Below, piece by piece: positions 18,839-26,596 of a stretch of DNA of 26,596 nucleotides. Source of the stretch: an uncultured Nitrososphaerota archaeon (lineage in GTDB: Archaea; Asgardarchaeota; Njordarchaeia; Njordarchaeales; Panguiarchaeaceae); assembly GCA_964636085.1 (NCBI GenBank), contig CAZWPQ010000030.1:1-26596 (forward strand), given 5' to 3'. Each line of letters starts with the position of its first letter. The stretch's first letter is position 1. The translations under genes and the position numbers were made by a program. The notes under the pieces were generated by a model that saw only the letters and a list, made by a program, of their open reading frames with translations, made no database searches and had not been told where the DNA came from.

Positions 18839-19828
18839 TCACCATATAGCCCATAAGACTATAAATATTTGAATTATTGATAACGGCATAAGCTTCCTCC
18901 AGAAAAGCTCAAGCACCTGATCTATCCTAAACCTAGCAACAGATCCAGCTATCAACGTTATCAGAAATATTACGGCGAAAGTCTTTAATAGGAACCAGAA
19001 AACATACCACCACCATCCCTCGGCGAATGGCATTGGGCCTAGTGGGCCGCCTAGGAAGAACGTTACAATCACGGCTGAACCTACAAAAAGCTTTAGATCC
19101 GTTAATAAGTTGAAGAAAGCCAATCTTCTACCCGAAAGCTCTGCTTCCCATCCAGCTGCAAGCTCCGTTTTGGCCTCGGGTATATCGAAGGGAAGCTTCT
19201 TTATCCTAGCCATAACTCCAATGAGTGTGACTATGAATGCTGGTAATAATAGTATTATCACGGGTATGCCCTTTATTTCCTCCAATGGTATTTGGATTAT
19301 ATCAGACATTGAAACAGAACCAGCAATAATAACTACAGATGCCAACGCCAAAAACATCGGTATTTCATAGGATAAGTATAGCTCAGCTCTCCTACCTGCA
19401 CCAATTGTTGGGTATGGAGACTTAAATAGATATGGTGTTATTATGTACATTAGGCTAGCCATGGCGAATAACGCCAACAGGAATATCGCATCACCGTTAA
19501 AACTGATGAGTCCTTGGGGATCAGAGTCGCCGAATGGAACTATGGGTATTAGGAATGACATAAATATCATTAGCCATACTCCAAACACTGCAAGGAAATC
19601 AACATAAAAATCGTCAGTTCCTTCGGGGGATATCTCTTCCTTGTTCATAAGCTTTATGAAATCGGCTATCGGCTGTAGTATACCAATAGGCCCTGCCAGT
19701 TTGGGGCCGACCCTATGCTGTATGTGGCCCATAAGTTTCCTGTAGAACCATTCTGCTAGGAAGGCTAGAAATATCATTATTACTGTCCAACCAAGTATTA
19801 GGGCGCCGAACCGAATGTACTCCATCAT
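18839..19828 (-). CDS. nuoH: Complex I-like subunit H (NuoH/ND1)
   Basis: RKLMGHIQHRVGP, LQPIADFIKLMNKE, SYEIP, PFDIPEA..EL..G...E.SG and RFRIDQ. The real start is ATG 19828, overlapping the nuoA stop (the track's 19987 start is an over-extension). Confidence 0.93.
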   Translation of the reverse strand: MMEYIRFGALILGWTVIMIFLAFLAEWFYRKLMGHIQHRVGPKLAGPIGILQPIADFIKLMNKEEISPEGTDDFYVDFLAVFGVWLMIFMSFLIPIVPFGDSDPQGLISFNGDAIFLLALFAMASLMYIITPYLFKSPYPTIGAGRRAELYLSYEIPMFLALASVVIIAGSVSMSDIIQIPLEEIKGIPVIILLLPAFIVTLIGVMARIKKLPFDIPEAKTELAAGWEAELSGRRLAFFNLLTDLKLFVGSAVIVTFFLGGPLGPMPFAEGWWWYVFWFLLKTFAVIFLITLIAGSVARFRIDQVLELFWRKLMPLSIIQIFIVLWAIW

Positions 19829-20142
19829 TTTTTCACACCCCTCTTTACCCTTATGGGATAGAGAAACATCGTTATGGATAACAATATTAGCGATGTTACC
19901 AATACTAGGGATACCTCCGCGGCCGTGAATAGGATGAATAGTAGTATTATGTCCCATAGAATGAAGAAGGACAAATAGTAGAGCCACATTGGACTATACG
20001 GAATCCTCATAACTGGGAATTGGTGACCACTTACATATGGTTCCCTCCCAGTTTTCCTCTTACTCTTCTTTCCTAACATGTACAGAAGAGATAGAAGTAT
20101 CATAGGTAACATAATAGCAATTGTAGCCTGTATAACATCCAA
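19825..20142 (-). CDS. nuoA: Complex I-like subunit A (NuoA/ND3), divergent
   Basis: Three TM segments, EPYVSG loop, YYLSFFILWDII; GGGTGA RBS before TTG. Confidence 0.78.
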   Translation of the reverse strand: MDVIQATIAIMLPMILLSLLYMLGKKSKRKTGREPYVSGHQFPVMRIPYSPMWLYYLSFFILWDIILLFILFTAAEVSLVLVTSLILLSITMFLYPIRVKRGVKK

Positions 20143-20172
20143 GCCCTATCACCCGTATAATCTTAGAAACAC

Positions 20173-20180
20173 TATTTATA
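20173..20180 (-). promoter_or_regulatory. TATA box of the nuoA-H-J-K cluster
   Basis: TATAAATA on the minus strand 30 nt upstream of the start codon, within the small palindrome ACTAT-TT-ATAGT (20171-20182). Confidence 0.6.
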
Positions 20181-20322
20181 GTAAAGTGTATTTACAAGTA
20201 TGGATGGAGAAAGGAATCCCATACATGTAAGCCAAAATTAAGTCCGCAACAAAACCATCAACCCATACACTATAAACAAATATCGCGAAGATATTGTGGT
20301 AAAAAACATTGTTTGCGCGATA

Positions 20323-20859
20323 CTATATGTATTCGAGCTTCCCCCCTTCGATTCTTGCGCACTTTGTGGGTTTATGCTCAACAACTCTGCCGATCTCGAT
20401 TATGTGCAAAACTTTGAAGCCCTTGGCTAGTAATGCATCAGATATTAGTTTTCTATGACATCTCCACGGAATTTTCTCGCTACACATAACCACTGAAGTA
20501 TTGCGGGAGGCTATTCTTATCAGCTTCTGGAATCCTGATTTCCACTCTTTTGTCTGCATCCATGCAGCATAGTTCCTATATCCCTGGGCCCTGAAACACT
20601 TATATTTCTCCGCTCCCTCGATATATCCTCTATAGCCACCAAGGCTTTCTAACCAGTAATACTTTATTCCCTCATCCTCAAGTATGCTCCTAAGATTTTC
20701 CTTGTTGAAGTGGGGAAACTTGCGGGAGGATGGGAAGCGGCGGACATCAAAGACCACTAATATTTTGTATTTTTTGAGGATCTCTAGAAAATCCCCAATA
20801 CTCCTATTCGAGTGACCAATAGTATAGATAACCCTCCCACTAAGACCCATTGAAGACAC
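20323..20859 (-). CDS. DUF488 family protein
   Basis: IYTIGHSNRS, DVRRFPSSRKFPHFN, LGG.R and MCSE..PWRCHRKLI. Confidence 0.92.
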   Translation of the reverse strand: MSSMGLSGRVIYTIGHSNRSIGDFLEILKKYKILVVFDVRRFPSSRKFPHFNKENLRSILEDEGIKYYWLESLGGYRGYIEGAEKYKCFRAQGYRNYAAWMQTKEWKSGFQKLIRIASRNTSVVMCSEKIPWRCHRKLISDALLAKGFKVLHIIEIGRVVEHKPTKCARIEGGKLEYI

Positions 20860-20934
20860 TAAAAAACCGAGTTATGCACCAATCCATATACTTAAAAATC
20901 GAAAACATAATAGTTTTTCATATAGGGATGCCTA

Positions 20935-21372
20935 ATGGACCCCAGCGAACTAGTTAACAAGACAATGAACCTTTACGAATTGGCTTTGAGATCCCTTGAA
21001 AGGAAGGATTATATCGATGCATGTGAAAAAGCTTGGGCATGCATCGAGACCCTAAGAAAAGCATTGCTAGTAAAGGCCGGTATTTCCTATGAAAAGGCAA
21101 AATCAATTACCTATGGAATACCCCCATTCACAAGATTACTAAGAAAACTGGGGAGAAAGGATCTCCTGGAAAAATATACTTTTTTCGATTACAAGCTCCA
21201 TATAATGGGTTTCTATGAAGGAATAACCGAGACTTGGAAGATCGAGGAAATTATTCGCGAGGATCTCAAGGTTTGGATAAATTCCATGAGAGGACTCATA
21301 GAAAGACTAAACATCGACCTGACCGAGGCCTTCGCTTCTTCTGGAAGGGGATATTCTCCTAGTTTTATATAG
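20935..21372 (+). CDS. PaREP1-like (HEPN superfamily) protein
   Basis: DYIDACEKAW and KLHIMGFY resemble the PaREP1 motifs QASEKAW and LHxxFY. Confidence 0.75.
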   Translation: MDPSELVNKTMNLYELALRSLERKDYIDACEKAWACIETLRKALLVKAGISYEKAKSITYGIPPFTRLLRKLGRKDLLEKYTFFDYKLHIMGFYEGITETWKIEEIIREDLKVWINSMRGLIERLNIDLTEAFASSGRGYSPSFI

Positions 21373-21403
21373 TACATTCCGTACATATAATAATTGCTTG
21401 GGA

Positions 21404-22276
21404 ATGGAGTTCAACTTGAATAATAAGCTTGCTATAGTGCTGTTAGTGGGGATTATAGTTGCATCAATTACTGGAATATATCTATACTTTAGAGCCAACC
21501 GAGGGGCCGAAGAAACACAACCCACATTTGAGATAACCATTGAGAACATAACAGTGGTCGAAAATGGAAAATCTGTACGTTGTGTAAAGGTGGCCCCTGA
21601 GGGCGATGGACCATTCCCAACAATAATACTAATACATGGGGGCGCGGGCGGTAATTGGGAATACACTTATAAAATAGCCACATCGGATCCAATAATCTCT
21701 ATCGCGAAGATGGGGTTTTTGGTTTTTGCAGTTGACTATGGGCCAAATGGGTTGATAGATACTGGAGTTGGAAATATCAAACTCGTTGGGGACGACATCA
21801 ACGATACACTAATTGTTTATAGATACCTCCTTACCCTTGACATTGTGGATAAGGATAAGATAATTACGCTCGGTGCAAGCCATGGAGGATATGTCTCTCT
21901 TATGATGGGTGTATTTAGCAATGTCCACCTAGCAGGAGTTATTGATGCTTACGGGCCAACAAATCTTACCGCAATGGAGCTTTATCTCCATGGTGGGGTA
22001 GACCCTAGCTTGGCAGATATCCTCGTGGAGTACTCTCCAGTGACCTGGGCTCAAAACTATACAGCCCCCGTCCTAATTATACATGGGAGGAGAGATGAGC
22101 TCATACCCTTGAACCAAAGCTATGAACTGGCTGATCTCCTTAAAAAACTTGGAAAAGAGCATTATTTATATGTATATGATGAGCCTCATGGATTCTTGTT
22201 TGACCCCTCCTCAAGTTCGTATGAGGATGCATGGAGCAAAATTAGGGACTTTTTACTAGAGATAAAAAATCGATAG
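21404..22276 (+). CDS. Membrane-anchored alpha/beta hydrolase (S9 peptidase/esterase-like)
   Basis: N-terminal TM helix, IHGGAGG, nucleophile GASHGG, HGRRDELI (Asp) and EPHGF (His). Confidence 0.88.
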   Translation: MEFNLNNKLAIVLLVGIIVASITGIYLYFRANRGAEETQPTFEITIENITVVENGKSVRCVKVAPEGDGPFPTIILIHGGAGGNWEYTYKIATSDPIISIAKMGFLVFAVDYGPNGLIDTGVGNIKLVGDDINDTLIVYRYLLTLDIVDKDKIITLGASHGGYVSLMMGVFSNVHLAGVIDAYGPTNLTAMELYLHGGVDPSLADILVEYSPVTWAQNYTAPVLIIHGRRDELIPLNQSYELADLLKKLGKEHYLYVYDEPHGFLFDPSSSSYEDAWSKIRDFLLEIKNR

Positions 22277-22314
22277 ATAACTTGAACCAATGACTTCATT
22301 TTTTTCCTTATTGA

Positions 22315-24456
22315 TCAATCTGATTTTGTTGGGGTCTTTAGAACATTCATAATGTACTGTTGGATTTGTTTTGCTTTTTCCTCGAATCCGTACTTCTCGA
22401 ATATCGCTTTGGAGTACTCTAAGAATTTGATGGCGATATCCCTGTATTTCCTGAGTTTTGGCCTCTTAGAGGACTCTATCATGAGGTCTATTAGGTCTTC
22501 CGCCACGACCGCGAATTCATATTCTTGCTTTTTGGGATCTGGAATAGCAATTCTAACTAGTTTCAATAGAAAGTTTATTATTTCCTCTAATTTATCGTCG
22601 CTCAATACGTCTATTATCTCCCGTGCAACATTTGCGGTGCTGATAATGTAGTCCCTATTCACTTTTCCCTGCGAAATCATCCACTTGGCTATCTTTGTGA
22701 TCACGTCAACATATATGTGCATTATCTCTGCTACTTTATCAGGAGGTAAAACAAGGGGAGATATAAAGACAATCGTGTCCAGAATGTTACCCATAATCGA
22801 CACATAATTATATGGTTCAGTATCCCTAATCCTCTCGAGTTCTTCTATAGATATAGCATCGATTATTATTGCAGAAAGCAACAATGCCTCTTCGATATAT
22901 TTTCTCTGCTTGTACATCAAAAAATTTATCGCGGACGAAAGAGTCGTCAATACGCTCATCTCCATCCTAAATTTCTCATAGTTGCATGCCAGAACATCCA
23001 ACACATCCTTCACTAAATCATGTATCCTTGAGATTAACTTTTTCCTCTCTTTTGCCGAGGCAAGATCATATAATGTATGTATCGACGAGGCGAGCGACTG
23101 GAGATAATCGGCGAATACGGTTACCCATACTGGATATCCCTGCGATATTATTCTTCGCAGATCCCTAAAGTATAGATCCAATATCTCAGACGCAATTATT
23201 TTTCTCTCATCCAAGGGAGGGACTGGCGAGGAAAGAAGTATATCTAGCGCAAATACATAGAGCACCAAGTTAACAACATGAGCAAAGCATGGAGAAAGAA
23301 ATTTGTATAATGTATGAACCTTACCAAGATCCCTGACAGGGATCTTTATATCTAGTATATCCTCGATCTCTTTACGAGAAGAAGCCATTCTATGCTTGAG
23401 ATCAAGAATCTCTGGTTTTATTTCATCATAACTAGCTATGGAATATAATTTCTCGAACAACCTATTGTACTCCAAAACAAGTTTCAGAATCAGATAGGGA
23501 ACAACCATTCTTCCCTCCAGATACTCTAATAGGCGCTCAGCATGTTGAGGGTACCCAACAATTGTTGTATCAACGAGCAGTAATGCGTATATTTCCCCAT
23601 CAAGATCATCGGTCAGATTTATTTCACTTAGACATTCACCAAACACATCCCTATACATCCCACCCGATATCTCCCCAATTTTGAGCCTATATGCTCCCTT
23701 CATCAATTTGGCCCCCGCATCTCTCTCCTCAAGTTCTCTATAGATGTAGTCTAGCTCCTTGGGGCTTGGACTCACTTGATTGATCATTTCCATAGCGAGC
23801 ATACCAGTCTTTAGGGCAAGGAGTCTTCCCATCGTACTTTTTTCCTTACTAGCTATGGCGCAAGCTATGTCGAATAGACCATGCCTAGCAAAGTTTAGTG
23901 CGTCATCAATATTCCCCTTCACCTTTCTCTTCATCTGGATCCAAAAGTTTAGATCATATCTTTCTTCCTTCTCAATTTTTCGACGTATTAGGGATAGATG
24001 CTCCGAAAGTTTAGATTTGCTCAGAGAATCCATTATTGTGCCCCATAGCTTCTTGATTATCTGTTCAACACTTACCTCGTTTAGTATTTCGACACCACCT
24101 ATATACCTATCTATGATCTCATCAAACTTCTTCTGAAGTGCGTCTGTAACTAGACCCCCAAATGGCTCAACTTCTCTCTCCACATCGCTCGCTATTACTT
24201 CCAGTAGCCTCCTAACAAACTCTTCCCCACGCATAACCAAGGCGATTATTGTATATCCATTATCTGTATCCAACATCAGTAGCTTATCCTTCCCATAATC
24301 TACTGCCCGATATTTGCTCTCCCCAATCAAAACCTTAGAAATAGCCTTAAGGGACTCAACCAACCCCGCCAGAAGCTCCTTACTCTTAAGTTCTATCAAG
24401 CTCCTAAATGTAATTGGAAGCCCTCCGCGCGAGATAACCCCTATTATCTTTATCAT
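22315..24456 (-). CDS. Protein with N-terminal longin-like domain and a long alpha-helical (solenoid/TPR-like) region
   Basis: MIKIIGVISRGGLPITFRS...LLAGLVESLKAISKVL...KLLMLDT.NGYTIIALV fits a beta-beta-alpha-beta-beta-beta-alpha-alpha longin pattern. The rest looks helical. TTTAAAAT lies upstream at 24490-24497 (minus strand). Confidence 0.7.
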   Translation of the reverse strand: MIKIIGVISRGGLPITFRSLIELKSKELLAGLVESLKAISKVLIGESKYRAVDYGKDKLLMLDTDNGYTIIALVMRGEEFVRRLLEVIASDVEREVEPFGGLVTDALQKKFDEIIDRYIGGVEILNEVSVEQIIKKLWGTIMDSLSKSKLSEHLSLIRRKIEKEERYDLNFWIQMKRKVKGNIDDALNFARHGLFDIACAIASKEKSTMGRLLALKTGMLAMEMINQVSPSPKELDYIYRELEERDAGAKLMKGAYRLKIGEISGGMYRDVFGECLSEINLTDDLDGEIYALLLVDTTIVGYPQHAERLLEYLEGRMVVPYLILKLVLEYNRLFEKLYSIASYDEIKPEILDLKHRMASSRKEIEDILDIKIPVRDLGKVHTLYKFLSPCFAHVVNLVLYVFALDILLSSPVPPLDERKIIASEILDLYFRDLRRIISQGYPVWVTVFADYLQSLASSIHTLYDLASAKERKKLISRIHDLVKDVLDVLACNYEKFRMEMSVLTTLSSAINFLMYKQRKYIEEALLLSAIIIDAISIEELERIRDTEPYNYVSIMGNILDTIVFISPLVLPPDKVAEIMHIYVDVITKIAKWMISQGKVNRDYIISTANVAREIIDVLSDDKLEEIINFLLKLVRIAIPDPKKQEYEFAVVAEDLIDLMIESSKRPKLRKYRDIAIKFLEYSKAIFEKYGFEEKAKQIQQYIMNVLKTPTKSD

Positions 24457-25016
24457 CTAGAAACCCCACAGGGATAATAAAAAAGTAGCATTTTAAAGCT
24501 CCCCTAATTTATCTACCAGTCAATAAGTTTACTGAGTCTGCATCCTCCTGACGATACCCGTCCCCCACTCCTATCAATCATATTACTTGTTCAAATGACG
24601 TACTTCAATACAATTCTCACAGTAGCAGGCACTACATAGATCCAAAAAACAAACGTATCAAAAATTATTTTTAAGAAAATAATCGAACAATCATGCTCGA
24701 GCCTACCTCGAAGCCATGGAAGATCGATATAAGCCCTAGGTCCCCTGATTATGGTTAGGCTGTCCAGGATGGCATATTCGGATAGATTTTGGTGAAGTCC
24801 CTAATTATGATTAATGGCGAAAACACGGCTAACAAGCTAGAAAATATACAGAAAGGGGATATGACTAATACAGACTATGGCAAGCTAGAAAATTTTCTTC
24901 CATGGAGGCGTTGCCGTCTTCTCTAGGTCTCCATGCTCCTTGTTCCATATGTCCCACCTATTCACTATTCCACCACGCAAGATTTCCTCTATTTTAACTA
25001 GGACTTTATTCCCCTT

Positions 25017-25050
25017 ATGGAAACAAAACTTTAAAAATATTTGTTTCCAT
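25017..25050. promoter_or_regulatory. Perfect 11-bp inverted repeat enclosing a TATA box (putative operator)
   Basis: ATGGAAACAAA (25017-25027), 12-nt spacer containing TTTAAAAA, TTTGTTTCCAT (25040-25050); 37 nt upstream of the ATPase start. Confidence 0.7.
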
Positions 25051-25087
25051 TAGGTATTTTAGTAGAGGAGGGGTTAGGTTTTTCAGA

Positions 25088-26338
25088 ATGCGGGATGTTA
25101 TAAGAGATGTGTTATTGGAGTGGTTAGATAGGCCATTACCAGATTTGGTTAAGAGAGAGGCAAAATTCAGGCTTTCCAGTAATATACTGGCAATATTCGG
25201 GCCAAGGAGGGCTGGCAAGACGTATTTCATGTATCAAATAGTGAAAGAACTCATGGAGAAGCATGGGTTTGAGAGACAAAATATTGTGTATCTCGACTTT
25301 GAAGATGTAAGACTAGTAGGTCTTAGACCTGAGAATTACGGTGATCTAGTCAATGCGATACATGAGCTATTCAGGGAAAGACATGGCAAAATTGTTCTTA
25401 TGCTGGATGAAATACACAATCTGAAGAACTATGGGAAGTGGCTACGTACACTGCATAACTCAGGGAGATATTATATCTTTATCGCAGGTTCATCTTCAAG
25501 GCTCATGGCCAAGGAAATTGCCTCCGAGCTCAGAGGAAGATATGTTTCACAATTAATTCTTCCATTCTCCTTTAGAGAATACCTAAATGCAAGAAAGATA
25601 AAAATTGATAACATATATTACCTAAAGGAAGGAGTGGTTCTAAATGCCCTTAGAGAATACATGAACCTTGGCGGGTATCCAGAAGTAGTATTAACGGGGG
25701 ATAAGGATCTACTAAGGACATATAAGGAGACAATATTCTATAGAGATATTGTGGATAGGTATAATGTAAGGGATGTAGTGTCGCTAGACCTATTCATGAA
25801 GATATTGATGGACAACGCGGGAAAGTATTTATCGATATCGAAAATCCATAACTATTTCAAATCATTAGGGATAAAAAAGAGCAAAAAAACGTTGACAAAA
25901 TATTTCAATTATTTCGACGAGGCCATGTTCATAATACCAGTAGAGATATTTAGCTACAGCATGAGGGATAGGATAAGGAATCCAAGAAAAATATACCTAA
26001 TAGACCTAGGATTCTACAGTCTAATACCACGTTTCACGAAGGATATTGGATTAAAAATGGAGAACCTAGTCGCCATAGAACTCCTAAGGAGGGGGGAGGA
26101 ATTCTTCTACTATAAGTATAATGACAAGGAGATTGACTTCATCACAAAAAATGGAGAAATAATAGAAGTAACATACACACTAGATAGAGATCATATAAGC
26201 AAAGTATCAATCACGATGAGCAGACTAGGAATAAGGATAACAAAAATAATAACGTGGGACGAAGAAGACGAAATAGAAAGATACTCGGGGAAAATACAAG
26301 TAATCCCGCTATGGAAATGGCTACTATATAAATACTAA
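25088..26338 (+). CDS. AAA_14 ATPase with wHTH and DUF4143 (degenerate PD-(D/E)xK) domain
   Basis: GPRRAGKT, LMLDEIH, GSSS, LRGR, GGYPE, KIYLIDLG, ENLV and EIDF...IEVT. Confidence 0.92.
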   Translation: MRDVIRDVLLEWLDRPLPDLVKREAKFRLSSNILAIFGPRRAGKTYFMYQIVKELMEKHGFERQNIVYLDFEDVRLVGLRPENYGDLVNAIHELFRERHGKIVLMLDEIHNLKNYGKWLRTLHNSGRYYIFIAGSSSRLMAKEIASELRGRYVSQLILPFSFREYLNARKIKIDNIYYLKEGVVLNALREYMNLGGYPEVVLTGDKDLLRTYKETIFYRDIVDRYNVRDVVSLDLFMKILMDNAGKYLSISKIHNYFKSLGIKKSKKTLTKYFNYFDEAMFIIPVEIFSYSMRDRIRNPRKIYLIDLGFYSLIPRFTKDIGLKMENLVAIELLRRGEEFFYYKYNDKEIDFITKNGEIIEVTYTLDRDHISKVSITMSRLGIRITKIITWDEEDEIERYSGKIQVIPLWKWLLYKY

Positions 26339-26403
26339 GCTTAGCTAGAACTACCTACCATAGATAGGATGATATTCTCAAAAAACTAGGGGTAGTGGCT
26401 ACG

Positions 26404-26596
26404 TTACGTATTTTTATAGGCTTGATTATGTAGTTGATGGGAAATTGCTTTTAGGGCCACTACTTGTAGCGGATAGCTAAGTGGGGAGGCCGTCAGTTTT
26501 GGATGCGTTGCCATTTGAAGTTTTATTATGTCATAAGCAGTCAGTTTTGCTTGTATTGCCGCCGCCGCGTAGTTTATGAGTTCACCTATGCTTTCG
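26404..26596 (-). CDS. 3' end of an FAD-dependent pyridine nucleotide-disulfide oxidoreductase (NADH oxidase-like dimerisation domain), partial
   Basis: Manual translation ESIGELINYAAAAIQAKLTAYDIIKLQMATHPKLTASPLSYPLQVVALKA...T*; runs off the window edge. Confidence 0.75.
   Translation of the reverse strand, partial: ESIGELINYAAAAIQAKLTAYDIIKLQMATHPKLTASPLSYPLQVVALKAISHQLHNQAYKNT

Noticed and set aside
19829-19987. N-terminal extension of NuoH in the ORF track
   Set aside because: It overlaps nuoA in another frame; ATG 19828 gives the typical ATGA coupling and a normal length.
24833-24893. Mini CRISPR array
   Set aside because: Only two 13-bp copies with a 48-nt period, too short for CRISPR repeats, and no cas genes nearby.
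24693-24926. Amber (TAG) read-through or pyrrolysine recoding, suggested by in-frame TAGs here and at 7212-7214
   Set aside because: Bona fide genes (nuoK, frhG, the TrmB-like gene, DUF488, the hydrolase) end in TAG at their expected C-termini. The Fpg TAG results from a frameshift, and no pyl genes are present in the window.

Overview
An archaeal chromosomal window: GGTGA-type ribosome-binding sites, TATA boxes, TTG/GTG starts and archaeal gene families. An N-terminal longin-like protein and a TrmB protein with a long helical insert suggest an Asgard-type lineage (inference only). In order: a decayed UPF0175/DUF3368-PIN toxin-antitoxin pair; tldD-tldE; an orphan protein with a Zn-finger-like motif; an ABC-type ATPase + small TOPRIM pair; a giant DUF2339-like membrane protein; a TrmB protein with a ~480-aa helical insert; a clan AA aspartyl protease; a frameshifted Fpg/Nei glycosylase; a minus-strand cluster in which only the complex I-like membrane subunits A, H, J1, J2 and K sit directly upstream of an FrhA-FrhG-FrhB group 3a-like [NiFe]-hydrogenase; DUF488; a PaREP1/HEPN protein; a membrane-anchored S9-like hydrolase; a longin-like + helical-solenoid protein; an AAA_14/DUF4143 ATPase whose TATA box lies inside a perfect 11-bp inverted repeat; and the 3' end of a pyridine nucleotide-disulfide oxidoreductase. 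The best candidate for a new system is the NuoAHJK-FrhAGB cluster, which has no B/C/D/I head and no L/M/N antiporters in the window. All family assignments come from reading motifs by eye; no searches were run. No rRNA, tRNA, CRISPR array or transposase was recognised.
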